DNA of 42,590 nucleotides from a virus. The position numbers and the translations under genes were made by a program. The DNA is taken from the IMG/VR virus record IMGVR_UViG_3300033273_000098, positions 1-42,590 of that record. One strand, written 5' to 3'. This document shows, piece after piece, positions 16,091-24,170 of the stretch (position 1 is its first letter; every line of letters begins with the position of its first letter). The notes under the pieces were generated by a model, which was given only the letters and a program-made list of their open reading frames with translations, was not told where the DNA came from and made no database searches.

Positions 16091-16342
16091 GTGGCAGTCT
16101 ATATCGTCCTCGACAGGGCGTGGAGACGCCCCTTCACAGTATCCAGTCAGTTCGCACGTCAAGGTGCCTTCTACGTCGCTCTAGCGGCCTCTGAGGGCTT
16201 TATTACGACGAACTGTGGTGAGGATACTTGGGGCAACCGTTGGCTGATCACGGAGCATGGCATGGAAGCAAAGGCAGAGCTAGATGAACTACTTCAAAAC
16301 GTACTTGCAGCAGCCCGAGGAGAACACAGTCCTACTCATTGA
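16091..16342 (+). CDS. Possible small protein between the polymerase and exonuclease genes
   Basis: This is the only open frame across the 218-nt gap. It has a GTG start and no convincing RBS, and it overlaps the exonuclease start by 59 nt. Confidence 0.25.
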   Translation: MAVYIVLDRAWRRPFTVSSQFARQGAFYVALAASEGFITTNCGEDTWGNRWLITEHGMEAKAELDELLQNVLAAARGEHSPTH

Positions 16343-17051
16343 TGGTGACTTGTACGCCTATCGAGCATGTGCCGCTGCTGAAGAGGAGATCGACTGGGGT
16401 GACGACATATGGTCCCTGGCGTCAGATCTGAAGCAAGCGAAAAGCATATTTAAGGAAACAATCGACAACGTATGCGAGACCCTGGAGACGGGGTCTTTTG
16501 TTGTCTGCCTGTCCGACAAGGACAACTTCAGGAAGTCCCTGGATCCTGAGTACAAAGGTGGACGCAAGAAGACCAGGAAACCCGTAGGCTACTCGGCATT
16601 CATTAAGTGGATCCAGGAGACCTACCGCTGGTATCGTGAGCCTCTACTCGAGGCAGATGACGTCATGGGGATCCTAGGGTCCGCACCAGGTCATAACACC
16701 ATCATGGTGAGTGATGACAAGGACATGAAGTCGATTCCAGGGAAACTGTACCGCCCGATGTCGGGTGAGTTCATGACCATCAGTAAACAGGATGCGGACC
16801 TATGGTTCTACACCCAGACACTGACTGGTGACGTGACGGATGGATATTCAGGTTGTCCGTCAGTCGGTGCCAAGACTGCCGAAAAGCTACTGGCCCGAGC
16901 GTGTACCTGGGACACAGTTGTCCAGGCCTACGCAAAGCAAAAGCTGAATTACCAATACGCACTAACACAAGCGCGTCTCGCTCGGATCCTGAGGTTCGAA
17001 GACTGGGACGTTGAGAAGGGTGCGATAAAACTATGGGAGCCAAAAAGATGA
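16284..17051 (+). CDS. 5'-3' exonuclease (T7 gp6-like, FEN/PIN fold)
   Basis: LLIDGDLYAYRA, KPVGYSAF, LEADDVMG, SDDKDMKSIPG, GDVTDGYSG and ARILRFEDW...LWEP parallel T7 gp6. Confidence 0.9.
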   Translation: MNYFKTYLQQPEENTVLLIDGDLYAYRACAAAEEEIDWGDDIWSLASDLKQAKSIFKETIDNVCETLETGSFVVCLSDKDNFRKSLDPEYKGGRKKTRKPVGYSAFIKWIQETYRWYREPLLEADDVMGILGSAPGHNTIMVSDDKDMKSIPGKLYRPMSGEFMTISKQDADLWFYTQTLTGDVTDGYSGCPSVGAKTAEKLLARACTWDTVVQAYAKQKLNYQYALTQARLARILRFEDWDVEKGAIKLWEPKR

Positions 17052-17479
17052 GAACAAGTGCACTCGAAACATGCGTCGAGAACGCATTTAGATTGCCTAT
17101 GTACCCAGACTGGGTTCAGGACGTCATCCGCAATCGTATGCTCAAACACGAGCAGGGCATCAGCCGTGATTACTTGAAGGGTGACAATGCCTGGGCGCAC
17201 CGTGAGCGTTCGCCTAAGGAAGTGCAGCTACAGCAACGCTGTGGTGACAGTCGCATGAAGATTAACGAGTGGATCATTGCCCTCGAGGCAAACAAGATAT
17301 TCACGACGTCTCCGATCAATGAGCTTGCACCAAAGTCAACAGTGCGTGACCACCTGCGCAGACTGGTGGAACATAAGTTCATTACGGACACAAAGATGTT
17401 TGGACAGGACGGATTCAAGAAGTACTACCAGACACCTGAACAGAAGATCTTACACCAGGCGTTTTATGCCAATGGATAA
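17048..17479 (+). CDS. Hypothetical protein with possible C-terminal winged-helix DNA-binding segment
   Basis: ATGA overlap with the exonuclease stop. The segment SPINELAPKSTVRDHLRRLVEHKFI looks like an HTH recognition-helix region. Confidence 0.45.
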   Translation: MRTSALETCVENAFRLPMYPDWVQDVIRNRMLKHEQGISRDYLKGDNAWAHRERSPKEVQLQQRCGDSRMKINEWIIALEANKIFTTSPINELAPKSTVRDHLRRLVEHKFITDTKMFGQDGFKKYYQTPEQKILHQAFYANG

Positions 17480-17723
17480 CAATGAGATCGTCAAACGCCC
17501 ACAGCACTACGCCAAGTGGCCTGTGGAACCAATCGTGTTCATCATGCAAAACAGCATGGAATTCTGGCGTGGCAATGTCATCAAGTATGTCAGCCGCGCT
17601 GGGTCCAAGCTCTATGATGGACAAGACAAAGTACAATCTGAAATCACTGATCTAAAGAAGGCCATGCGTTACTGCGAGATGCGCATCAACCTTCTCGAAG
17701 GAAAACAACCAAATGACATTTAG
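17466..17723 (+). CDS. DUF3310-family protein
   Basis: PQHYAKWPVEPI...FWRGNVIKYVSRAGSK...DLKKAMRYCEM matches the DUF3310 signature common in T7-like phages. The start could be 17466 or 17472. Confidence 0.6.
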   Translation: MPMDNNEIVKRPQHYAKWPVEPIVFIMQNSMEFWRGNVIKYVSRAGSKLYDGQDKVQSEITDLKKAMRYCEMRINLLEGKQPNDI

Positions 17724-19497
17724 TAATCACCAGGGCCACTTCGGCCCATCACTACCTATTTCTGAAGAGATCCACGCAATGAAGTACCGCGCCGATGGCG
17801 AAGACTTCAAGCAAGCCATGGCACGTGTTGCCGATGCACTAAAAGACAGTGAACCACATTACCGTGCGTTCAAGGACATCCTGTACAACCAGCGTTTCCT
17901 ACCAGCTGGTCGTGTGCAGTCAGCCATGGGATCCCCACGTCGTGTGACCCCTTACAATTGCTTTGTGTCGATGACCATCGAAGACAGCATGGAAGGCATC
18001 ATGGATGCAGCCAAGCAAGCAGCAAAGACCATGCAGCTAGGTGGTGGCATTGGTTATGACTTCAGCACCCTTCGCCCCCGTGGCGATCTGATCAAGTCCC
18101 TGGACAGTAAATCATCAGGCCCATTATCCTTCATGGGTATCTTCGATGCTGTCTGTCAGACAATCGCATCAGCTGGTCACCGTCGTGGCGCACAGATGGG
18201 TGTCCTACGTGTTGATCACCCAGACATCGAAGAGTTTGTCACAGCGAAGAACAACAGCACCACACTGACAGGTTTCAACATCAGTGTCGGCGTGACAGAT
18301 GAGTTCATGGAAGCTGTGAAGGTCGGTGGTGACTTCGATCTGATGTTCGATGGTCGTGTGTACAAGACTGTCAGTGCCCAGGCACTGTGGGATCAGATCA
18401 TGCGTTCGACCTGGGACTGGGCCGAGCCTGGCATCCTGTTCATTGACCGCATCAACCAGAAGAACAACCTGTGGTACTGTGAGAAGATCGCAGCAACCAA
18501 CCCATGTGGTGAGCAGCCGCTGCCACCGAACGGCGCATGCCTACTCGGTTCGTTCAACCTGGTGAAATACGTCAGCCGCCATGGCATCCACAGTGGTGAG
18601 CCAGCGTCGTTCGACTATGTCCAGCTCCAGGATGACATCAGACACGTTGTACGCGCCATGGATAACGTGGTTGATCGTGCGGTGTACCCACTGCCAGCGC
18701 AACAGCTCGAGGCACAGAGCAAGCGTCGCATGGGCTTGGGTGTCACAGGTGTTGCTAACGCCATCGAGGGCATGGGTCATGAGTATGGATCCCCAGGGTT
18801 CCTACATGTCTTCAAGACAATCATGCAGATCATCCGTGATGGTGCTTACCGTGCATCGATTGACCTGGCGATTGAGAAAGGCCCGTTTCCACTGTTCGAT
18901 ACACTTATGCTCGACAGTGCGTTCGCTCGTACACTGCCAGATGACATCCGTGATCAGATCCAGGCACATGGGATCCGCAACTCGCACCTGTTGTCAGTTG
19001 CACCTACTGGGACGATCTCGCTGTCTGCTGACAACGTAAGCTCTGGGATTGAGCCAGTGTTCAGCCACTTCTATGACCGACGCATCCAGACCTTTGACGG
19101 GCCACGTGATGAGCGTGTGGAAGACTATGCGTTCCGCGAGTGGGGCATCAAAGGTAAGACAGCAAACGAGCTGTCAGTGTTTGATCACGTGAAGGTGCTA
19201 AATGTAGCGTCTGAGTATGTCGACTCTGCGTGTAGCAAGACGTGTAATGTAGGTGATGACGTCAGTTGGGAAGACTTCAAGCAGGTCTACATGGATGCAT
19301 ACGACGGTGGTGCCTCAGGGTGCACGACGTTCCGTGCAGCTGGTAAACGCTACGGGATCCTGAACGCTGCATCGTCAGAGGACGTGGCTGCTGAGGAAGC
19401 ACCAGAGGTGTCGTCAGTGGTCACTGAACATGATGAGTCTGAGGTCGGTGGCGCATGCTACTACGACCCACTGACTGGCAAGAAGCAGTGTGAATAG
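17713..19497 (+). CDS. nrdJ: Ribonucleotide reductase, probably class II (cobalamin-dependent)
   Basis: 594 aa with the active-site block ATNPCGEQPLPPNGACLLGSFNL. No NrdB, NrdD or NrdG partner is present anywhere in the genome, which favours class II. Confidence 0.75.
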   Translation: MTFSNHQGHFGPSLPISEEIHAMKYRADGEDFKQAMARVADALKDSEPHYRAFKDILYNQRFLPAGRVQSAMGSPRRVTPYNCFVSMTIEDSMEGIMDAAKQAAKTMQLGGGIGYDFSTLRPRGDLIKSLDSKSSGPLSFMGIFDAVCQTIASAGHRRGAQMGVLRVDHPDIEEFVTAKNNSTTLTGFNISVGVTDEFMEAVKVGGDFDLMFDGRVYKTVSAQALWDQIMRSTWDWAEPGILFIDRINQKNNLWYCEKIAATNPCGEQPLPPNGACLLGSFNLVKYVSRHGIHSGEPASFDYVQLQDDIRHVVRAMDNVVDRAVYPLPAQQLEAQSKRRMGLGVTGVANAIEGMGHEYGSPGFLHVFKTIMQIIRDGAYRASIDLAIEKGPFPLFDTLMLDSAFARTLPDDIRDQIQAHGIRNSHLLSVAPTGTISLSADNVSSGIEPVFSHFYDRRIQTFDGPRDERVEDYAFREWGIKGKTANELSVFDHVKVLNVASEYVDSACSKTCNVGDDVSWEDFKQVYMDAYDGGASGCTTFRAAGKRYGILNAASSEDVAAEEAPEVSSVVTEHDESEVGGACYYDPLTGKKQCE

Positions 19498-19507
19498 GTA
19501 GAAAGCT

Positions 19508-19558
19508 AGAGAGCCAGGGGCGACCAATGGTGTACTATGGTCATCTCCCTGGCTCTCT
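19508..19558 (+). terminator. Large stem-loop after the RNR gene (end of the replication operon)
   Basis: A perfect 12-bp stem joins agagagccaggg and ccctggctctct. Inner pairing gacca/tggtc lies within the 27-nt loop. Confidence 0.5.
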
Positions 19559-19684
19559 CTTGCATATCCTTGGTCATCTGTCCCGCGAATACATTGTGAT
19601 ACGTGGGGCATAGACACCTATGTGTCAATACTTATGCACAGGCGTTCACGCTATGGACACTGTGCGTTCATTCTTTGCCCCAGA

Positions 19685-19759
19685 GCTTACGCTTCCTAGT
19701 ATACCTCAGCTCACCATCTGTGGTTGGTGCTTACGCTTCCTAGTATACCTCAGCTCACC
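19685..19759 (+). repeat. Two identical 31-bp direct repeats (GCTTACGCTTCCTAGTATACCTCAGCTCACC), 44-bp period
   Basis: Copies at 19685-19715 and 19729-19759 are identical. The second copy ends 21 nt upstream of the promoter motif at 19781. Confidence 0.9.
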
Positions 19760-19780
19760 CCAGTAAACTAAAGTGGGTAC

Positions 19781-19793
19781 TAAGGGACCCCCT
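19781..19793 (+). promoter_or_regulatory. Candidate phage-RNAP promoter (TAAGGGACCCCCT) heading the late region
   Basis: It is an exact copy of the motif at 8179. It lies in the 1.2 kb intergenic region upstream of all structural genes. Confidence 0.55.
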
Positions 19794-19869
19794 AACGAAG
19801 GAATGGTACCTGTGTGCCATCCTAGAACCAAACTGACGACGTAACCTCCCGACGATACGTCAGTTCCTA

Positions 19870-19951
19870 CATCACAGGTCACCGAGCACCAGTGTACCTA
19901 TGTGGACTCCTCCCAGCCACTGAGGACAACACAGGACGGTGACCTGTGATG
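19870..19951 (+). repeat. 14-bp perfect inverted repeat (catcacaggtcacc / ggtgacctgtgatg) with a 54-nt spacer
   Basis: The arms lie at 19870-19883 and 19938-19951. The 3' arm contains the GTG/ATG start of ORF 19946/19949. Confidence 0.85.
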
Positions 19952-20209
19952 ACATATAGAGAAAGACATCAGATCATGACACAACAGCATGGCTTACGCC
20001 AGCAACAGACAAACATCAGCTCCAAGCTCATGTTTGGCTTAGGTCAAGCTGGTGCTGACTGGAAGTGGACTAGTGATACCACCACCACTGTCAATGACAT
20101 AGAAGCTGATGACCAGGTAACCGAAGACCAAGAGCACCCAAAGACAACTGATGATGACCTAAGTACACTTGAAGAGATCTATCAGTACTACTGGGAAGAA
20201 CTCAGGTAA
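19949..20209 (+). CDS. Hypothetical acidic protein (first ORF after the late promoter)
   Basis: 86 aa with a weak RBS. It is the only sizeable + strand ORF in the intergenic hub. Confidence 0.4.
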   Translation: MTYRERHQIMTQQHGLRQQQTNISSKLMFGLGQAGADWKWTSDTTTTVNDIEADDQVTEDQEHPKTTDDDLSTLEEIYQYYWEELR

Positions 20210-20271
20210 TGATCGAGATAACTCTAGTGATCTGGTTGGCTGTCCTGTTGTTCCTGATCCTGAGACAATAC

Positions 20272-20381
20272 TGATGATGATGACTGATGATGACTGATGT
20301 CTGACTGAGGTCTGACTGATGTCTGACTGATGTCTGACTGATGTCTGACTGATGTCTGACTGATGATGACTGATGTCTGAC
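20272..20381. repeat. Tandem array of 10 units of 10-13 bp (core TGATGTCTGAC)
   Basis: Unit boundaries were read off directly, with five exact TGATGTCTGAC copies. The + strand carries TGA in all frames. The - strand is open and yields repeat-driven ORFs. Confidence 0.9.
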
Positions 20382-20649
20382 TTGGGTTGGCTTCAGGTCC
20401 CGATTTGTCTTGAAGAAAACCAAGGCCCATCCAGACAACACAGACCCGCAAGCGCGGCTAATGTCCTAATGTCCGTCATTTGGTCAACGGATAGTGTATC
20501 CGATGACATCAGAAACCCAACGATTACAGCGACTTAGCTATTGTCGATCAATGGATCTAATGAAATCAATGTCAATCACGGGACTCCTGGTCGACTTTCG
20601 ACACCCCCGTGCGCTCGTCAATCAATCGATTTCAAAAAGGCGTTAAACA

Positions 20650-20673
20650 GTTGTCGTTGTTGTTGTTGTTGTC
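20650..20673. repeat. Trinucleotide run (GTT/GTC)x8
   Basis: The sequence gttgtcgttgttgttgttgttgtc was read directly. Confidence 0.9.
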
Positions 20674-20714
20674 AGGCCTCTCGAAGCAGAGCCCCAGCCC
20701 CACAAAAAGCGAAA

Positions 20715-20732
20715 ACAAAAGTAAGGAACCCA
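20715..20732 (+). promoter_or_regulatory. Conserved 18-nt leader ACAAAAGTAAGGAACCCA, copy 2
   Basis: Identical to 2710-2727. It ends 4 nt upstream of ATGGCC (20737). Confidence 0.4.
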
Positions 20733-20736
20733 AGCC

Positions 20737-21222
20737 ATGGCCTTAGAGACTGGCATTTACATCGATAGTCTGAATGCAGCGAACCCTGCGTCGACTGATG
20801 GCCTTGGTCAGGCTGACGACCACCTACGACTACTCAAAAGCACCATCAAGGCAACACTGCCGAACCTGACTGGCGCGGTCACAGCTGACCAAAGCGAACT
20901 GAACGTCCTCGATGGTATCACAGCTGACACAACTGAGCTGAACCTTTTGGATGGTGCCACAGTATCGACAACCGAACTGAACTATGTGACTGGCGTCACC
21001 TCAGGTATCCAGGCCCAGATCGACACAAAGGCCCCCAGCGCATCCCCCACGCTGACTGGAACCACCACAGTGTCCACAGTCGCCTTAGGTGCCTTCACGA
21101 TCTCCCAGGGATCCGATGGTCGCCTGGACTTCAAGGTTGGTACCACGACTGTCATGTCGATTGACCAGTCAGGTAACCTGCGTGTCCGTGCTGACATCAG
21201 TGCATTCGACACCTCAGCATAA
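20737..21222 (+). CDS. Tail-fibre-like structural protein with ELNxLDG repeats
   Basis: 161 aa. The N-terminus reads GIYIDSLNAANPASTDGLGQADDHLRLLKSTIKATLPNLTGAV. This is followed by SELNVLDGIT, TELNLLDGAT and TELNYVTGVT, a pattern seen at the N-termini of many phage fibre proteins. Confidence 0.6.
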   Translation: MALETGIYIDSLNAANPASTDGLGQADDHLRLLKSTIKATLPNLTGAVTADQSELNVLDGITADTTELNLLDGATVSTTELNYVTGVTSGIQAQIDTKAPSASPTLTGTTTVSTVALGAFTISQGSDGRLDFKVGTTTVMSIDQSGNLRVRADISAFDTSA

Positions 21223-21239
21223 CTTAGGGGGACACAAGT

Positions 21240-21974
21240 ATGGCACTTAGTTCTACGGGTACCATCAAGTTCTCCCAGATCCAGGGTGAACACGGTGGTG
21301 CGAACCCTATCAGTATGTCCGAGTATTACCGAGGTGGATCCTACGTCTCGACTAATAACACCACAGTGGGTACGAGCGGACGTCTCCACATGAGTAACTT
21401 CCGTGGCACCGTCCGCGCTGTCTACGTCACATATGAAATCATTGGTGGCGGTGGATCAGGCGGCTTTGGGGTCGACGATGGTGGATCCTCAGGCCGAGGC
21501 AACTCAGGTGGCTCCAGCTCCCTCAGCGGCTCAGGCGGTGGTCTATCTATCAGTGTCACCGCAGCAGGTGGCCTAGGTGGTCGCAACGGCTACCAATCAC
21601 GTCTAGATCCCCACAACGGTCAGGCCTCTCACTATGGTGCGGGGGGTGTAGGTGGTGGTAACTCCTCTGGCGGTGGCGATGCACCCGCGTCGCACTACGG
21701 CTCGGGGGGAGGCGGCGGTGGGGGAGATAGCCCCGACTGGAATGACCACTCAGGTAACGCTGGTGAAGGTGGACGCGCGGGTACCCGCTACACAGGAACA
21801 GTTCTCCTGGTCCCAGGAACATCTGTTGCAGTCTCCATCGGCGGCGGTGGTGCTCGTAAATACGGCGGTTTCTATGGTGGCGCAGGTGCGGGTGGATACG
21901 CCCGTATAACCAAAGGCAACAACGTGAGCACATACAGCTCACCTGGGTCCTACACATACACGGTACCGTCATAA
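21240..21974 (+). CDS. Glycine-rich domain protein (probable virion/fibre-associated)
   Basis: 244 aa. After VYVTYEIIGGGGSGGFG there are repeated GG-rich blocks (AAGGLGGRNG, GAGGVGGGNSSGGG, GSGGGGGGG, SIGGGGARKYGGFYGGAGAGG). Confidence 0.5.
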   Translation: MALSSTGTIKFSQIQGEHGGANPISMSEYYRGGSYVSTNNTTVGTSGRLHMSNFRGTVRAVYVTYEIIGGGGSGGFGVDDGGSSGRGNSGGSSSLSGSGGGLSISVTAAGGLGGRNGYQSRLDPHNGQASHYGAGGVGGGNSSGGGDAPASHYGSGGGGGGGDSPDWNDHSGNAGEGGRAGTRYTGTVLLVPGTSVAVSIGGGGARKYGGFYGGAGAGGYARITKGNNVSTYSSPGSYTYTVPS

Positions 21975-22537
21975 TGATTAATACATCAGCAGAAAACCTC
22001 AGTAGATACCAAGGCTATTCACAAGCCTTCGACAGTCTTCCACAGCACGCTAAGGAAGCCACAGACGCTCTTGTCTGGTCCTGGCGTAATGGGAAGCTGT
22101 CGTTGGGCTGGGTAACCCGAGATCTCGACATCTTCATTGAAGTGTGTGGCGGTCAGGTCCCCGATATCATTGCGGATCAAACGCTATACTGTGTCGACCT
22201 AGAGAGCTTGTCGTCATCCACGATCCGTATGTACTCTGACTTCCCGTCAGATCCACGTGTGAACGTCAAGGGGTACTACTTTACATCCCTGGAGCCATCA
22301 GCCAAGCCCACGCAATCCAAGTCATACAAGAAGACATCCACAGAGGGTGTCATGCTGGTAGACAGGTACGGCGCGGACAAGCAGTTGATCTCAGCTGACG
22401 AAAAGGAACTCATGGGTGATGACCCCAGCATTTGGGGTGGACCTAAGCAGCTCATGGACATCGTCATGTCTGGCCCAGACAACTGGTGGCTTTTCCGTAA
22501 GCAATCCAAGAACCAATCGTACATCAGGGTCTACTGA
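21974..22537 (+). CDS. Hypothetical protein
   Basis: 187 aa. Its start shares one base with the upstream TAA. I recognise no motif. Confidence 0.55.
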   Translation: MINTSAENLSRYQGYSQAFDSLPQHAKEATDALVWSWRNGKLSLGWVTRDLDIFIEVCGGQVPDIIADQTLYCVDLESLSSSTIRMYSDFPSDPRVNVKGYYFTSLEPSAKPTQSKSYKKTSTEGVMLVDRYGADKQLISADEKELMGDDPSIWGGPKQLMDIVMSGPDNWWLFRKQSKNQSYIRVY

Positions 22538-22562
22538 TCACGTAGTGAGAGACATAACACCT

Positions 22563-24170
22563 ATGCCCAACTTACCTATTCGTAATCTAGGAGCCGCAGG
22601 TGTAGTTACCGATATCGACCCGTTCAACCTACCGTTCAACACGTTTACCCGAGCAAAGAACGTACGTTTCACCGAGGGTAACGTCGAGAAGGCCCCGATC
22701 TTTCGTACAGCCGAGACGTTCACATTTGAACCTGTGTTTGCCATGGGTATCTCACAGCCTGGTGCATACGATACGATCCTGGTTGCTGACAGTGACTTCA
22801 ATGTCCACGAATATGCAAACGCTACTGTTACACAGGTTTACACAAACCCGACCCCAGCGTCGTCTGTGGATCCTGTCACTGGTACGACCCTGGCAAACGT
22901 CGAGTACTTGAACCGACCAGATCATGTACCCGTGTATCGTGGGCCGACACAGACGAGCTTTAGCGTCCTACCGAACTGGCCTTCCAACAATCGTTGTGCG
23001 GCTATACGTTCATACGGCGACTTCTTGATTGCCTTGAACACGACAGAAAACGGTCAGGCCTTCCCAAACCGCGTCCGCTTCTCAGATCCTGTTCTAGCTA
23101 ACTCAGTCCCTGACACCTGGGACGAGACAGACACAACGAACAGCGCAGGTTTCAACGACCTGGTGCAGATGCAAACGCCTATCGTTGATGGAGCGACCCT
23201 GGGCACCAACTTTATGATCTATTCGTCTGACCAGGTATGGCAGATGGATTTCGTTGGTGGTTCATTTATCTTTAACTTCCGTAAGGTCTTCGATGACGCT
23301 GGTATCATCAACAAGAACTGTGTGGTCGAGGTTGAGGGACGTCATTACGTTTTCGACAATGATGACATCTACGTCAACGACGGCGTGACACGTAAATCTA
23401 TCTGTGACCAGCGGATCCGTAACTACGTTTTCAACGGTCTCGATAAGTCGAAAGCCAACCGCTGTTTTGTACAGCACAACACGTTACACGAAGAGATCTA
23501 CTTTTGTTATCACACAGGTGATGACATGGCGATTTACATGGACTCAGACGCATGCAACCGTGCAGCTGTTTACAACTATCGTGATGACAACTGGTCTTTC
23601 ATCGATCTTCCTAACTGTATCTCTGGTACATCAGGGAACCTGGACACGGTCCTAACCTACGCCACAACCAATGCGTCATATGCTTTGATTGGTGGTACAT
23701 ACCTTGCCCAGGAAAGCCGATACACTCAGTACCCTCTGATGATTTCACGTCAGAACACGGCTGATGGTATCAACTCAAATCGTATGCTTGCGATTGACAA
23801 CATGGACAAAGGTACGCTGTCCCTGGAGTACGCTGATGACATCAGTACAGAGGTTGTGCTCGAGCGCAAAGGTATTGACCTGGACGAGGCACAGATCCCG
23901 CTGTCAGGATACAAGGTGATCAAGGCGATCTATCCCCAGGTTTCCAGCCCAGGACAGGCCGCGACGATTAACTTTGTCTTTGGTGCGCATGACGTTCCGA
24001 ACTCAGTGCCTAACTATGGTTCGCCCGTGCTGTTTGACATTCAGACAGGATACAAGGTCGACACCAGGGCATCTGGTCGATACCTCAGTTTCCAGGTGAC
24101 ATCTAACGAGGTCAACGACTTCACGCTGTCAGGCATGGATATTGACCTGGTCGTGACAGGGAGACGATAG
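22563..24170 (+). CDS. Putative tail tubular / nozzle protein (gp12-like role)
   Basis: 535 aa from the ATG giving MPNLPIRNLGAAGVVTDIDPFNLP... It lies directly upstream of the ejection-protein genes. The call rests on size, position and composition. The upstream part of ORF 22416 overlaps the previous gene. Confidence 0.45.
   Translation: MPNLPIRNLGAAGVVTDIDPFNLPFNTFTRAKNVRFTEGNVEKAPIFRTAETFTFEPVFAMGISQPGAYDTILVADSDFNVHEYANATVTQVYTNPTPASSVDPVTGTTLANVEYLNRPDHVPVYRGPTQTSFSVLPNWPSNNRCAAIRSYGDFLIALNTTENGQAFPNRVRFSDPVLANSVPDTWDETDTTNSAGFNDLVQMQTPIVDGATLGTNFMIYSSDQVWQMDFVGGSFIFNFRKVFDDAGIINKNCVVEVEGRHYVFDNDDIYVNDGVTRKSICDQRIRNYVFNGLDKSKANRCFVQHNTLHEEIYFCYHTGDDMAIYMDSDACNRAAVYNYRDDNWSFIDLPNCISGTSGNLDTVLTYATTNASYALIGGTYLAQESRYTQYPLMISRQNTADGINSNRMLAIDNMDKGTLSLEYADDISTEVVLERKGIDLDEAQIPLSGYKVIKAIYPQVSSPGQAATINFVFGAHDVPNSVPNYGSPVLFDIQTGYKVDTRASGRYLSFQVTSNEVNDFTLSGMDIDLVVTGRR

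Noticed and set aside
15746-16342. A 198-aa alternative-frame ORF overlapping the 3' end of the DNA polymerase gene
   Set aside because: Its first 320 nt are out of frame inside a gene with unambiguous polymerase motifs. Only the part downstream of 16065 is retained, as a low-confidence small gene.
20272-20381. A CRISPR array
   Set aside because: The units are 10-13 bp and directly abutting, with no unique spacers, and no cas genes are present.
20202-20451. Two minus-strand ORFs (79 and 75 aa) with repeated SDISQTSVRHQ peptides
   Set aside because: They are generated by the 10-13 bp tandem array, whose reverse complement has no stop codons. There is no RBS and no genomic context.
20541-20768. 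A 75-aa ORF with a CRCCCCC run
   Set aside because: It has a non-ATG start, its Cys run comes from the (GTT)n microsatellite, and it overlaps the well-supported start of the 20737 gene.
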